64,000 nucleotides of DNA from Sulfolobales archaeon (GTDB lineage: Archaea; Thermoproteota; Thermoprotei_A; Sulfolobales; NBVN01), in assembly GCA_038831135.1 (NCBI GenBank), contig JAWBKW010000005.1, positions 6,795-70,794 of the forward strand, read 5' to 3'. The stretch's first letter is position 1, and every line of letters begins with the position of its first letter. Made by a program: the position numbers and the translations under genes. The notes below the pieces were generated by a model, which worked only from the letters and a program-made list of their open reading frames with translations, had not been told where the DNA came from and did not search any database. Below are positions 35,777 to 46,527 of the stretch, piece after piece.

Positions 35777-38755
35777 GTGTCAGTTATTGATTTGGCTAGC
35801 CTGAAGGTTAAGGATGTTGAGGAAGAGGTTAGAAAGTTCTGGTTAAAGAATAATATACCATCTAAATGGAGGGAGTGGGAAGAGAACGCACCAACATATA
35901 CATTCCTGGAGGGGCCTCCCACAACTAATGGTTACCCCCACATAGGGCATATCAGGGGCAGGACATATAAAGACTTCGTACTAAGGTACTACAGAATAAA
36001 AGGTTATAACGTCTGGGCCCAAGGTGGGTGGGATGAACAGGGTTTACCCGTCGAAGTTGAGGTTGAGAAGAAGTTAGGACTTAAAAACAAAAAGGACGTA
36101 GAAACGTTGGGGTATGAGAGATTCGTAAATGAGTGTAATAAATTAGTTGACCACTACCTAAAGGTCTGGACTGATGTTGGGACGTTTAGGCTGGGCTTAT
36201 GGCTTGATCTAGTGAATGCTTATGAAACACGTAGAGCCCACTACATAGAGCACGTATGGCATTTTATAAAGAAGATGTACGAGAAGGGTTTACTGTTTGA
36301 GGGATTTAGGGTACTGCCGTACTGCCCTAGATGTGAAACAGCACTAAGTGATGCCGAGGTAGACCAAGGATATGATGAGAAAGTATCTCCATCAATCTAT
36401 GTCAAGTTCAAGTTAGTTAATGATGACAGAACATACCTACTTATTTGGACTACTACTCCATGGACCCTAATAGATAATGAAGCGGTTGCTGTTAAAGGAG
36501 ACGGCGACTACTGTAAAGCAGTTCTAGGGAACGAGCACTTAATCATCGGTAAGGACTTAATTACCAACATATCAAAACTATTAGGAACTGAATTAAAATG
36601 TGTAGAGGAATTTAAGGGTGAGGCTTTAAATGGTGTGAAGTATGAGCACCCACTAGTTAATGAGGTCCCAATACATAGAGACCATAACGACTCGCATAAG
36701 GTACTCACTGCTGACTTCGTATCGCTGAGTGAGGGTTCGGGACTAGTTCATATAGCACCCGCTCACGGACCTGAAGACTTCGAATTAGGTGTTAGGAATA
36801 ATTTACCAATAAGCAATAGCGTAAGCATAAATGGTGTTTTCAATGATTTAGGCGGTTATTTCAAAAACTTAGACATTGAAAAAGCTTCACGTAAAGTTAT
36901 AGAGGTACTGAAGTCTAAGGGTCTCTTACTGTACGAGGGTACTATAACCCATATGTATCCGCATTGTTGGAGATGCGGAACACCACTAATCTATAGGACA
37001 GATAAACAGTGGTTCTTAAGGATAAGTTCTATGAAGGAAAGCCTCGTTAAGAACTTAGATATTGTTAACATATTTCCGGAGAAACTACGTGATAGATTTT
37101 ATAACTGGTTAATCAACGCTAAGGATTGGACTATATCAAGGTCACGTATTTGGGGAACCCCGCTACCAATATGGAAATGTAAGGAGGAACCCGATAAGAT
37201 ATTGGTAATAGGTTCTATTGAAGAACTAACTAAGCTAGCAGTTGAAGTCCCGAAAGTAGATAAGGATAAGTTAGTTCATAGACCATGGATCGATAACGTA
37301 AAGATAGTAACTAACGACTGCAGTGAGTGGGTCCGTGAACCCTACGTAGTAGATGTATGGATAGATAGTGGAATGGCTTGGATGGCTAGCATTGATGGGT
37401 TAAGAAATGCTGAACTATTTGAAAAATTATATCCCTATGACTTCGTAACGGAAGCAATAGACCAGACTAGGGGTTGGTTCTACTCGTTATTGGCGACTTC
37501 AGTATTAATGAATAATAGACCACCGTATAAGAACATACTAATCCAGGGACATGTGGTCGATAAATACGGTCAGAAAATGAGTAAATCCAAAGGTAATGTT
37601 ATCTGGGCTCACGATATATTTGAGAGATATGGAGTAGACCCTGTCAGAGCATACATACTTACGAAGTTCGCACCTGGAGATGTGTTCTCCTTCGACCCAG
37701 ATGAAGTTAAGGAGATGCTAAATAAGTTGAATATTATATGGAATGTCTATAGATTTGCACAAATGTATATGTCTCTAGATAAATTCAATCCTAAAATCCA
37801 TAAATTAGAGAATCTACTAACTTCAGCTAAAGTCGAAGATGTATGGATACTTTCGAAGTTTTATAGTACGTTAAAGATTTACGAAACATATATGAGTAAG
37901 TATGAGCTCCACCAGTCAAGTAGGGCAATATTTGAGTACTTAATTGAGTACCTAAGCCATAGATATGTGAGGCTTATAAGACCGAGGGTCTGGAAGGAGG
38001 AAGGAGACGATAAATTCGTTGCATACGCAGTACTTTATACTGTCTTAAAGGAATCGTTAAAAATGCTTGCACCTATAATACCGCATTTAAGTGAGTATCT
38101 ATGGCAACACTTCGTCAAGCTGTATGAACCCGATGAAGCTGAGAGCCTTCACTTAAGTAAATTCCCTCAATTAGTTGAGGAGTACATAAGGAGTGACCTT
38201 GAATCAGACTTTGAATTAATATTTGAAGTATATGCCTCAGTAAGCTCTATGAGGAACGCTCTTGGCATTAAATTAAGGTGGCCTATTAAGGAAGTCATCA
38301 TCGAATCGAATAAGGAATTATCTGAAAGACTCTCAAAACACTTAAACATAGTTAAATTCTTAACTAATGCTAAGGACGTTTCAATAACTACTGAATTACC
38401 TAATAAGTGTTTAGGCGATGATTTCATTACTAAGGATTTCATCACATTTAAGGTATGCATAAGTAAATCAATAGATAAGGAACTTTACTATGAAGGAATA
38501 GCTAAAGAGTTGATTAGGAGGATCCAGGTAATGAGGAATAGAGCTAATTTACTAGTAGATGAGTTCATAGAGCTATTCATATCTACAGATGATTCAGAAA
38601 TTAGGGACTCTATCAATATGTTCCGTAACTTCATACTAAGTGAGACCAGAGCTACGGAATTAACCGATGATAAGGAGGGGATGTATGTAGTTGAGTGGGA
38701 TCTTGAAGGTAGGAAAGTAGAAATAGGTATAAGGAGAATAAAAAATCCTAGGTAG
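35777..38755 (+). CDS. ileS: isoleucyl-tRNA synthetase
   Basis: 992 aa. GPPTTNGYPHIGH (HIGH), KMSKSKGN, and WTISRSRIWGTPLPIW, typical of IleRS. Confidence 0.9.
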   Translation: MSVIDLASLKVKDVEEEVRKFWLKNNIPSKWREWEENAPTYTFLEGPPTTNGYPHIGHIRGRTYKDFVLRYYRIKGYNVWAQGGWDEQGLPVEVEVEKKLGLKNKKDVETLGYERFVNECNKLVDHYLKVWTDVGTFRLGLWLDLVNAYETRRAHYIEHVWHFIKKMYEKGLLFEGFRVLPYCPRCETALSDAEVDQGYDEKVSPSIYVKFKLVNDDRTYLLIWTTTPWTLIDNEAVAVKGDGDYCKAVLGNEHLIIGKDLITNISKLLGTELKCVEEFKGEALNGVKYEHPLVNEVPIHRDHNDSHKVLTADFVSLSEGSGLVHIAPAHGPEDFELGVRNNLPISNSVSINGVFNDLGGYFKNLDIEKASRKVIEVLKSKGLLLYEGTITHMYPHCWRCGTPLIYRTDKQWFLRISSMKESLVKNLDIVNIFPEKLRDRFYNWLINAKDWTISRSRIWGTPLPIWKCKEEPDKILVIGSIEELTKLAVEVPKVDKDKLVHRPWIDNVKIVTNDCSEWVREPYVVDVWIDSGMAWMASIDGLRNAELFEKLYPYDFVTEAIDQTRGWFYSLLATSVLMNNRPPYKNILIQGHVVDKYGQKMSKSKGNVIWAHDIFERYGVDPVRAYILTKFAPGDVFSFDPDEVKEMLNKLNIIWNVYRFAQMYMSLDKFNPKIHKLENLLTSAKVEDVWILSKFYSTLKIYETYMSKYELHQSSRAIFEYLIEYLSHRYVRLIRPRVWKEEGDDKFVAYAVLYTVLKESLKMLAPIIPHLSEYLWQHFVKLYEPDEAESLHLSKFPQLVEEYIRSDLESDFELIFEVYASVSSMRNALGIKLRWPIKEVIIESNKELSERLSKHLNIVKFLTNAKDVSITTELPNKCLGDDFITKDFITFKVCISKSIDKELYYEGIAKELIRRIQVMRNRANLLVDEFIELFISTDDSEIRDSINMFRNFILSETRATELTDDKEGMYVVEWDLEGRKVEIGIRRIKNPR

Positions 38756-38770
38756 CGAGCTAAAATTAAA

Positions 38771-40150
38771 TTACCTAGATGATTTCTTAACCGGGTATAT
38801 GTAGTCCTTAGGTGCCTTATTATAAATCTCCAAGTATTTTCGTAGGGCTTTAGGAATCTCAACAACACCATCAGGTTTCTGATGATTTTCAAGTATTGCA
38901 GTTATAGTCCTAGTACTAGCTATAGCTGTAGAGTTTAAGGTATGAAGATAGTCCCTTACCATACCCTTACGCTTTAAATACCTGATGCGGAGCCTATATG
39001 CCTGCCAATCAGTACAGTTGCTACAGCTAACTAATTCCCTAAACTTTCCTTGAGCTGGATACCAAACCTCTAAATCGTATTTCTTAGCTGCTGGAGCACC
39101 TAATTCCCCGGACGCGACATTAACTAACCTATAAGGTAGTTCTAGACCTCTATAAAGCTCTTCAGCATTATTGATTAAGACCTCGAAAAAGTCCCAACTC
39201 TGCTCCGGTAAAGCGTATACGAATTGCTCTACCTTATGGAACTGATGAACCCTAAAAACGCCTTTAATATCCCTGCTTCCTGCCCCTGCCTCCTTCCTAA
39301 AACACGGACTTACACCAACATACAGTAAGGGTAAGTCTTCTTCAGGTATCTCATCTCCTGCGTGGAGAGCTGCCAACGAATGTTCCGCCGTCGCTATTAA
39401 GTAAAGGTCTTCACCTTCAATCTTGTAAATAGCGTCTTTAAATGTACTAAGATCTATTACACCAGACATGTATTGATGCCGAAGCATATAGGGAGGAAGA
39501 ACTAACCTAAATCCTTTACTTGTTAAGAAGTCGATGGCGTATGTTAATAAAGCGATATCAAGCCAAACCATATCATCAAATAAGTAGTAGAATCTGGATG
39601 AAGCTACTTCAGCCGCTTTTAAAGTATCCCCTAACTTAAGAACGTATTCCAACATATCGGCATGTCCTGTAGGTTTCCAGTCAATAACTTCGTATTCTAA
39701 ACTACAACCGCGTTCAGTAGTAGACCTTAGAAACTCGTCTAAGAATTCCTTATATACCTTAGCCTTACCCCACGCCCTTACCGGAACATTATAACTATCA
39801 TCAGGACCTACCGGTACTGACGGATGCACTATATTAGGCATTGAAGAAAGTATTTCATCTCTAACTTTCTCGATCTCCCCTAACTCCTTCTCTAACATTT
39901 CAATAGTTTTGAGGAGTTCCTTAGCTTCATCTATTAGGGCTTTACGCTCATCATCACTAAGCTTAGCTATCTGTTGACTTATCTGATTATGTTTATGTCT
40001 TAAATTATTTACCTCTGTTAAGACTTTCCTCCACTCAATATCGTACTTTATAGCGTTATCAACTAAAGACTCATCCATAAATCTCTTCCTTAATGCGTCA
40101 CGAAGTACTCCAGGATCCTTCCTCAAGTACTCCAATATACTCCACGGCAT
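38771..40150 (-). CDS. serS: seryl-tRNA synthetase
   Basis: 459 aa. N-terminal coiled-coil arm and a class II core ([21 protein letters not shown]). Confidence 0.92.
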   Translation of the reverse strand: MPWSILEYLRKDPGVLRDALRKRFMDESLVDNAIKYDIEWRKVLTEVNNLRHKHNQISQQIAKLSDDERKALIDEAKELLKTIEMLEKELGEIEKVRDEILSSMPNIVHPSVPVGPDDSYNVPVRAWGKAKVYKEFLDEFLRSTTERGCSLEYEVIDWKPTGHADMLEYVLKLGDTLKAAEVASSRFYYLFDDMVWLDIALLTYAIDFLTSKGFRLVLPPYMLRHQYMSGVIDLSTFKDAIYKIEGEDLYLIATAEHSLAALHAGDEIPEEDLPLLYVGVSPCFRKEAGAGSRDIKGVFRVHQFHKVEQFVYALPEQSWDFFEVLINNAEELYRGLELPYRLVNVASGELGAPAAKKYDLEVWYPAQGKFRELVSCSNCTDWQAYRLRIRYLKRKGMVRDYLHTLNSTAIASTRTITAILENHQKPDGVVEIPKALRKYLEIYNKAPKDYIYPVKKSSR

Positions 40151-40232
40151 CTAATTCCCTATACTTTACCACTTAAGGAGAATAAATAAACTTAGTTTAA
40201 CTAAGAATTACATAATTTATACGTTAACGAAC

Positions 40233-43037
40233 TTAATCCCAAAATCTTCTCGTAGATACGTACTTTCTCTCTAAGTCATATATCGCACTATAGAAGTCCT
40301 CTTCAGACCTAAACGCTAATACTTTTTTAGCTGTCTCGGGACCTACTCCATAAGCAGCTAATGCGATAATCGCCCTCTTACCGTAGTTTAGGACTAGATA
40401 TGCTGATTCCTTCAACCTAATGAATTCTTCTTTCTCATCACCGTCTAAAGCAAGTTTGTAGTCTTTACCAGCTTTCAAACCTTTCTTAACTATTTTAACG
40501 ATGTTATCATCTAAGTTCTTACAAACACCTACGTACTTAACCCCGCATTTAGGACATGAAATATCGTCCGGCAAATCCTTAATACTGCTGACATAACTAT
40601 AACCACATATCATACATATCAGCCTAACCTTCTTACCTAATAACCTCCTCTTCACCATTTCAGCAATAACGGTCTTAGGTATATACTTAGCTAGGAGCCT
40701 CCCATTAAAGCCTGGTACCTTAAGACCCTCAAGAGCTAAAGGCGATAACTCAGATACCTCAATAAATTTAATTACTACCTTACCACTACTAACTCCATCA
40801 ACAAGTTTTTTAAGGACCTCAACATCCACATATCTACACATAATTTCGTTAAAAACTTCCCTACAGATCAGCTCGTTGCTCTCAAATCTCTTAGCAAGGG
40901 CGTTAATTATGTTTAACGGTGCATTCTCTGGTATTACACCTAAACGCTTAAGCACATTAACTAATACGTGCTTAAATACTGAAGACTTCCTTAAAGCCTC
41001 CCTAAGAGAATTTTCTAATCCTCTATCCAGTAGTGCTGACCTCACTAGAGGCTCAACATCATTCATCTTTAAATGCATGGGTAATTGAAGCACTACCCTA
41101 TAAGGATCCGATTTAATTAATGGATTTAGACCCAAGCATTTGCTGAAGTAATAACCAAGTAGGTGGCTTAAACCCCTATTACCGCGAGTCCCTAGACACG
41201 CATGCATAACTATAATTGAAGGTGAGGATCTCTTAACCTCAACAACTACTAAACCCTCTGCTGGCAGTGGATAACCGCTTCTAACATGGTTTGATATAAC
41301 TTCATTTAAGTATCTCAAAGAGTCCGCAGAAACTATATTGGTGTACGGCTCGGGGAGATAGTTAAGAGATAATAGCTTCCTTAACGAGCAGACTTCCCTA
41401 GCAACCTTATAATCAACCGGTATCGTCTCACCAACCCAAGAAGGTATTAAATAATCACCACCCCCAGCTTCCTCCACATAAACTTTCTTATCCTCCTCAT
41501 CAACACTAATCACTTTCCACAGTCTTCCACCTAGAACTAAAGACGAACCTTCATTAATCTCTAAAGCCACGAACTCCTCATCTAAATGACCTATTGGGGT
41601 CATGCTTAACAAATCAATAACTAGGTAATGAGGTGAGTCAACGATCATGGTAGTAGTTAGGTAGTAAATTCTACCTCTACCGGTGGCCTTTACGAAGGAA
41701 CCATCTAACTTAACTAACGAGAGTTCCGAAAGTAATTCAATGACTTTAACGACCTCATCTAAGGTTATGTCTCTAAATACGTATGACTTCCTAAGCACTT
41801 CGTAAATAGAGTTTATATCCATCTTACCTTCCTGTAGGAGTAAACCAACTATCTGATGCGCAAGTACATCAAGCGATCCCTCATGGATTAAAAAACCTTC
41901 TAGTTCGCCATTTAAGGCTCTACGTATTATTACCAGCGATTCCAATATATCATCGAGAGAGAGGTCAGCAACTATATAGCCTTTAGCTTTGAGACCTGCC
42001 CTATGCATACTCCTACCCACTCTTTGAACAAGCTTAACTGCCTGCCTGGGTGAAGATGATTGAATAACCGCATCTACCCCACCTACATCAATACCTAGTT
42101 CGAGACTTGAGGTTGCAACAACTCCTTTAATTTCCCCCTTCTTTAACTTTTCTTCAACGACCTCCCTCTCATCCTTAGATAGACTCCCATGATGTACGTA
42201 TATGTTAACTCCCAACTCCCTTAACTTTAAGCCTAGGAACTCTGCCTCATCACGCGTATTAGTAAATACTATTACTTCACCATGTTCAAGGATTAAGTCC
42301 TTAATTAATTGGGTCTTATCAATTAGTTTACCAGAACTATAGGGAATTACTAACTTGACATCCATATCTCTAGCATTAAGTATTACTACATCATTTACTA
42401 ACCTACCGTAGGAGAGAAATTTCTTAGCAAGCTGTATGTTACCTATGCTTGCAGAGAGGCCTATTCTTTGAGGCTTATCAGCTATTAACTCAAGTCTACT
42501 GAGAGAAGCTATTAACTCCGAGCCTCTCTTACTATTTACTAATTCGTGAAGCTCATCAATCACTACATACTTAGTGTTAGCTAGGTAGTCTCTTAAGCGA
42601 CTACTTATGAGGAGGTATTGGAAGGTTTCTGGAGTCGTTATCAATATGTTTGGAGGGGTTTTCTCTAAAGACTTCCTTAACTTCTGCGAAGTATCCCCAT
42701 GACGCACCTGAATGCTTAAACCGAGGTCTGAACAAATATTCATTAGTCTCTTCATCAAATCCCTATTCAAAGCCCTCAATGGAGTTACATATATTAAACT
42801 TATCGGTTGATGCTTATTAGGATCGTCTAACATCTTAGAAATTAATGGAAAGAGTGCTGCTTCTGTTTTACCACTACCGGTAGGAGCGACAATTAACGCA
42901 TCACGCCCCATAGCGATTATAGGTATAGACCTCCTCTGAATCTCTGTTAGTTCTCTATAGCCGTATTTAAGCATGACACTAATCAAATTCGGATGTAGAA
43001 TACGTAGTACTTCTTCAGCCTCGCTCACTTCACTCAC
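40233..43037 (-). CDS. lhr: Lhr-type large SF2 helicase
   Basis: 934 aa. Walker A APTGSGKTEA, DExH box VVIDELHE, helicase C motifs (VATSSLELGIDVG, QRVGRSMHR), C-terminal Zn-ribbon CMICG...CPKCG. Confidence 0.88.
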   Translation of the reverse strand: MSEVSEAEEVLRILHPNLISVMLKYGYRELTEIQRRSIPIIAMGRDALIVAPTGSGKTEAALFPLISKMLDDPNKHQPISLIYVTPLRALNRDLMKRLMNICSDLGLSIQVRHGDTSQKLRKSLEKTPPNILITTPETFQYLLISSRLRDYLANTKYVVIDELHELVNSKRGSELIASLSRLELIADKPQRIGLSASIGNIQLAKKFLSYGRLVNDVVILNARDMDVKLVIPYSSGKLIDKTQLIKDLILEHGEVIVFTNTRDEAEFLGLKLRELGVNIYVHHGSLSKDEREVVEEKLKKGEIKGVVATSSLELGIDVGGVDAVIQSSSPRQAVKLVQRVGRSMHRAGLKAKGYIVADLSLDDILESLVIIRRALNGELEGFLIHEGSLDVLAHQIVGLLLQEGKMDINSIYEVLRKSYVFRDITLDEVVKVIELLSELSLVKLDGSFVKATGRGRIYYLTTTMIVDSPHYLVIDLLSMTPIGHLDEEFVALEINEGSSLVLGGRLWKVISVDEEDKKVYVEEAGGGDYLIPSWVGETIPVDYKVAREVCSLRKLLSLNYLPEPYTNIVSADSLRYLNEVISNHVRSGYPLPAEGLVVVEVKRSSPSIIVMHACLGTRGNRGLSHLLGYYFSKCLGLNPLIKSDPYRVVLQLPMHLKMNDVEPLVRSALLDRGLENSLREALRKSSVFKHVLVNVLKRLGVIPENAPLNIINALAKRFESNELICREVFNEIMCRYVDVEVLKKLVDGVSSGKVVIKFIEVSELSPLALEGLKVPGFNGRLLAKYIPKTVIAEMVKRRLLGKKVRLICMICGYSYVSSIKDLPDDISCPKCGVKYVGVCKNLDDNIVKIVKKGLKAGKDYKLALDGDEKEEFIRLKESAYLVLNYGKRAIIALAAYGVGPETAKKVLAFRSEEDFYSAIYDLERKYVSTRRFWD

Positions 43038-43091
43038 ACCTTAGTTAAAGCAACAAAAAACTTATACCTTTGATATTTAAGATATATCGAG

Positions 43092-44792
43092 ATGGAGGTA
43101 TTTAGATTAAAGAGAATGTTGTCTGCAATAATTTTACTCATGCTTAATGTTACTCTCAGCGAGTTATTGAAACTACCTAATTCACTAATTACTCTAATTT
43201 TTACAATTAATGCGTCCTACATCATAATATCTTTGGTAGGTGTTTTCGTGGGTTTTTTAGGAAATGTATTAATAGGTATATTAGAAATTATTGCGGTATC
43301 GAATATATACTTACTAAGATTAGGAATCGATCTAGTCTCGTTCATCAATTATGTTGCACTCCCATATATAATCGGTATTACTTTAGGATCGTCATTCTTA
43401 AGGAAATTACACATTGAGGTACCTAAGGTTATTATTAGAAAACATACTTTAAGTGATTTCTTAATGATTCTAGGTTCGTCACTTATAGCTATTTACATCC
43501 TTCTTTACTTACCTGTAGTTAACGATTTAATATTTAAAGACGTAACTTCCATAGGTCTGAAATTCTATATAGTATTACTTGGCTTAATATGTAATTCCCT
43601 CATAATCACGATATCAACTCAGTTTAGGTTTAATTCACCTGAAGCTATACTTAAGTACATTTTGATGGTTATTGTGGCATCATTCTCCTGGTTAACCCTA
43701 CCAGTAATATCTCTAATTAATTTCAATTACTTAACACCTAGAGATGATTCATTTATCTTAGGTAAAATTGTAAAGAAGGTTGGAGGTAGTGTAGACACTA
43801 AGTTCTTACCTAAGGGTTACGTTAAGGTCTCAATAAATCCTGAAGATAACAAACACATAGTTATAGTGGGTATGAGCGGTAGTGGCAAGTCGTACCTTGC
43901 GATGAAGATCATTAAGCAGTTGGTTGGGAGACACACCATTCTAGTAATAGATCCTCATGGGGAGTACGTACGCTTGGCGAGAGAGTTAAAGGGTAAAGTC
44001 TTGACACCAACTGAAAACCCTGTAAACCCGTTAGATACCTTCGGCAAACCTAAGAACATTAGGGCTGAGGAAGTTAGTGATATGGTTAGGAGGATCTTCA
44101 AACTAGGTAATATTCAGAAGTATTCACTATATACTTTAATACTAGATACCTATGAGAGGGTAGGTAATAACTTAACACCTACATTCAATGACGTTTATGA
44201 AACGCTAATTAACTATATAAGAGATAATTCCAGTACTAAAGAATTCCATCTAAGTAAGGAAGTCCTAAACACGTTAATACCTTACCTCGACCTCTTAAGA
44301 GGTCCTTACCTGTCATCTACTGCCTTAAGACCTGATGAGTTAATTAATGGCTTAACAGTGATTGACTTAAGCACTATTGAAAGTGAACACCTTATAGGAA
44401 TTTACGTCGAGAGTCTGCTCTACCTAATAGAGTCTTACGTGAAAAGTACTACTAAACCATTACTTATGGTTGTGGATGAGGCCCATAAATTTATGGGTGG
44501 GAAGATCGCACCGTTATTAAGTAAGTTGGTAATGGAGGGAAGGAAGTTCGGGCTAGGACTGATAATAATAACTCAACAACCACTGGACTTAGAGGCTAGT
44601 ATTATAGCTAATTCCGCATATATAGTCTCGTTCACGGTTCAGGAGGTTAATAACGTAAACTACATCTCGAAAGTATTATGTAGCAACCATATTAAGTATG
44701 AGTTAGCTAGAAGCTTAGTAACAAACCTTAAAAAGCATGAAGCCTTAGTGAAGATAAAGGAAGATGATAGTTTATATATCATTAAAGCTTAA
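43092..44792 (+). CDS. membrane-anchored HerA/FtsK/VirB4-superfamily ATPase
   Basis: 566 aa. The first ~225 aa form about 6 hydrophobic segments. These are followed by Walker A VIVGMSGSGKS, Walker B LLMVVDEAHKF and GLGLIIITQQP, typical of the HerA (DUF87) type. Confidence 0.75.
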   Translation: MEVFRLKRMLSAIILLMLNVTLSELLKLPNSLITLIFTINASYIIISLVGVFVGFLGNVLIGILEIIAVSNIYLLRLGIDLVSFINYVALPYIIGITLGSSFLRKLHIEVPKVIIRKHTLSDFLMILGSSLIAIYILLYLPVVNDLIFKDVTSIGLKFYIVLLGLICNSLIITISTQFRFNSPEAILKYILMVIVASFSWLTLPVISLINFNYLTPRDDSFILGKIVKKVGGSVDTKFLPKGYVKVSINPEDNKHIVIVGMSGSGKSYLAMKIIKQLVGRHTILVIDPHGEYVRLARELKGKVLTPTENPVNPLDTFGKPKNIRAEEVSDMVRRIFKLGNIQKYSLYTLILDTYERVGNNLTPTFNDVYETLINYIRDNSSTKEFHLSKEVLNTLIPYLDLLRGPYLSSTALRPDELINGLTVIDLSTIESEHLIGIYVESLLYLIESYVKSTTKPLLMVVDEAHKFMGGKIAPLLSKLVMEGRKFGLGLIIITQQPLDLEASIIANSAYIVSFTVQEVNNVNYISKVLCSNHIKYELARSLVTNLKKHEALVKIKEDDSLYIIKA

Positions 44793-44813
44793 ATGTATAT
44801 AATAACCTAATGA

Positions 44814-45110
44814 TTGAGGGTCTATCTGTTGAGTGAGGAGGAAGAAGAGATTCCTTTAGAGGAGGTTTCAGAGGAGAAAGGGGAAGTAGTAGAGGAGGAA
44901 GGGGAAGAGATTCTAAGGGGCTTCACTATTGAGGGCTTAGAACTCATGTTGTCGAGGGTTGAGGAAATAGAGAAACTAATTAAGGGCGTAGAGGTGAAAC
45001 TTGAGGAGAAACCAACGCAAAAAATGACTAGGAAAGGAGAAGAAGGTAAGGAGAAGCCTGCTGCGAAGACTAAAAAGTCTAAAAAGGGAAAGACAAAACC
45101 TCACTCATAA
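44814..45110 (+). CDS. small highly charged protein (acidic N-terminus, Lys-rich C-terminus)
   Basis: 98 aa from TTG, 21 nt after the ATPase gene. Purine-rich sense strand like other + strand genes. No motif recognised. Confidence 0.45.
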   Translation: MRVYLLSEEEEEIPLEEVSEEKGEVVEEEGEEILRGFTIEGLELMLSRVEEIEKLIKGVEVKLEEKPTQKMTRKGEEGKEKPAAKTKKSKKGKTKPHS

Positions 45111-45478
45111 ACTAGTTCAAACTCCATCCCTAAATCTTCTAAAACCTTTGATATTAATTCTAAACTAACTCTTTTATCAAAAACAAGCTGTACTGAATCT
45201 ACATTACCTTTCCTAAAGAGTTTTATCTTATCAACCACTACTAAACCCTTAATCAAATCGCCCTCATCCTTCCTAGGGGATATGAAGTCCTTAAACTTCT
45301 TCTTCATCATATCATAAAAGGAGTTGAAATTATTCAGTATTCTTAGGGCATCATTAACGTCTGAAGTATCCCTTCCATGTACATCCTTTAAATAGGCTAG
45401 TATTTTAGCTACCTCATCGCAACTCCCCTCAACATAAGTGTAGCCGATGAACCCTCTTACTAACCTAATTTTAGACAT
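45101..45478 (-). CDS. hypothetical protein
   Basis: 125-aa ORF divergent from the PCNA gene. No motif recognised. Confidence 0.5.
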   Translation of the reverse strand: MSKIRLVRGFIGYTYVEGSCDEVAKILAYLKDVHGRDTSDVNDALRILNNFNSFYDMMKKKFKDFISPRKDEGDLIKGLVVVDKIKLFRKGNVDSVQLVFDKRVSLELISKVLEDLGMEFELVYE

Positions 45479-45560
45479 CCTAGATTTGCCTATATCTGTA
45501 GCGGCTTGGGATATAATAAGTATTAAACTTAGTTTATTACTTAATAGTTATGGGGGTTTC

Positions 45561-46313
45561 ATGTTTAGGGTTAAGTATCCTGTGGGAGCTAGAATTAAGA
45601 GGGTTTTCCAAGGAAGTTTAAAACCGATTGATGAGGTACCAATTAATGTAGACTCTGATGGTTTTTTAGTTCGTGCTTTAAGCCCGGATAAGAATTTACT
45701 AGTTGAGGTTTTAATACCTCAGACGGCCTTCGAATTATTTGAAGTTCGTAAGAAGACCTCATTAACGGTCGATAAGGTCTTACTCCTAAGGAGTCTTAGA
45801 AGGGTTTCTAAGAAAGATAGCGTGTTGATGGAGTTCGACGAAAACAGTAAGGCGTTGAAATTAGTATTAATCAATGCAAGGACAGGAATGGAAAGAAGTT
45901 ACTTAGTAGATGTGAAGGAGGTCAGCAGCGAATTAGTTGGTTCTATCAACATTGATTTACCTGTGAGGTTCCAAATACCTTCAGAAGACTTCAAGAAGAT
46001 TGTGGCCGATGCTAAATTAGTTGATGAAGATCTAGAACTAACGTATGAAAATGACCGGATAATCGTCTCAAGTAGTTCAGAAAATAAGATGTTTAGGCAA
46101 ACACTTGCGTTAGACAGACCGCTATATTCTTTAGAAGCTAAGGATTCGAGAGCATCAAGTAAGTACGACTTAGATCTACTTAGAGCATTAGCTAACTCAC
46201 TTACATTGGCTGATATAACCACAATTGAGTTCGGTTCATCACTACCTATTAAAATATCTGTCGAAGCCAGTGATGGTTCAAAGATAACTTATTGGGTTGC
46301 CTCTAAGGTCTAG
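45561..46313 (+). CDS. pcn: DNA polymerase sliding clamp (PCNA)
   Basis: 250 aa from ATG 45561 (MFRVKYPVGARIKRVFQGSL...). The track start 45447 would add a hydrophobic extension that overlaps the divergent gene. Confidence 0.85.
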   Translation: MFRVKYPVGARIKRVFQGSLKPIDEVPINVDSDGFLVRALSPDKNLLVEVLIPQTAFELFEVRKKTSLTVDKVLLLRSLRRVSKKDSVLMEFDENSKALKLVLINARTGMERSYLVDVKEVSSELVGSINIDLPVRFQIPSEDFKKIVADAKLVDEDLELTYENDRIIVSSSSENKMFRQTLALDRPLYSLEAKDSRASSKYDLDLLRALANSLTLADITTIEFGSSLPIKISVEASDGSKITYWVASKV

Positions 46314-46527
46314 CGAGTTGTATACGGAATTTCTTAGAAGAGCTCTCTACTTCCTTAATTAGTAATCCCTCCCTTAACATCTCAGCTATAAGGGCCCTCA
46401 ATTCCACAGCTCCTATAACAACGTTTAAAGTTTCAAGATACTCTCTAAGTTCGTGGAAATTCCTTAATTCATTACGAGTTAAGAACTTAATTATTAATTC
46501 CTTAATATTTGAAATTTCTGGACTCAT
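46303..46527 (-). CDS. small winged-helix-like protein
   Basis: 74 aa. The helix-rich pattern LIIKFLTRNELRNFHELREYL...LREGLLIKEV suggests wHTH. Overlaps the aminotransferase gene by 26 nt. Confidence 0.45.
   Translation of the reverse strand: MSPEISNIKELIIKFLTRNELRNFHELREYLETLNVVIGAVELRALIAEMLREGLLIKEVESSSKKFRIQLARP

Noticed and set aside
45447-45560. N-terminal extension of the PCNA ORF
   Set aside because: The hydrophobic, non-PCNA sequence overlaps the divergent gene and promoter. ATG 45561 yields a standard 250-aa PCNA.
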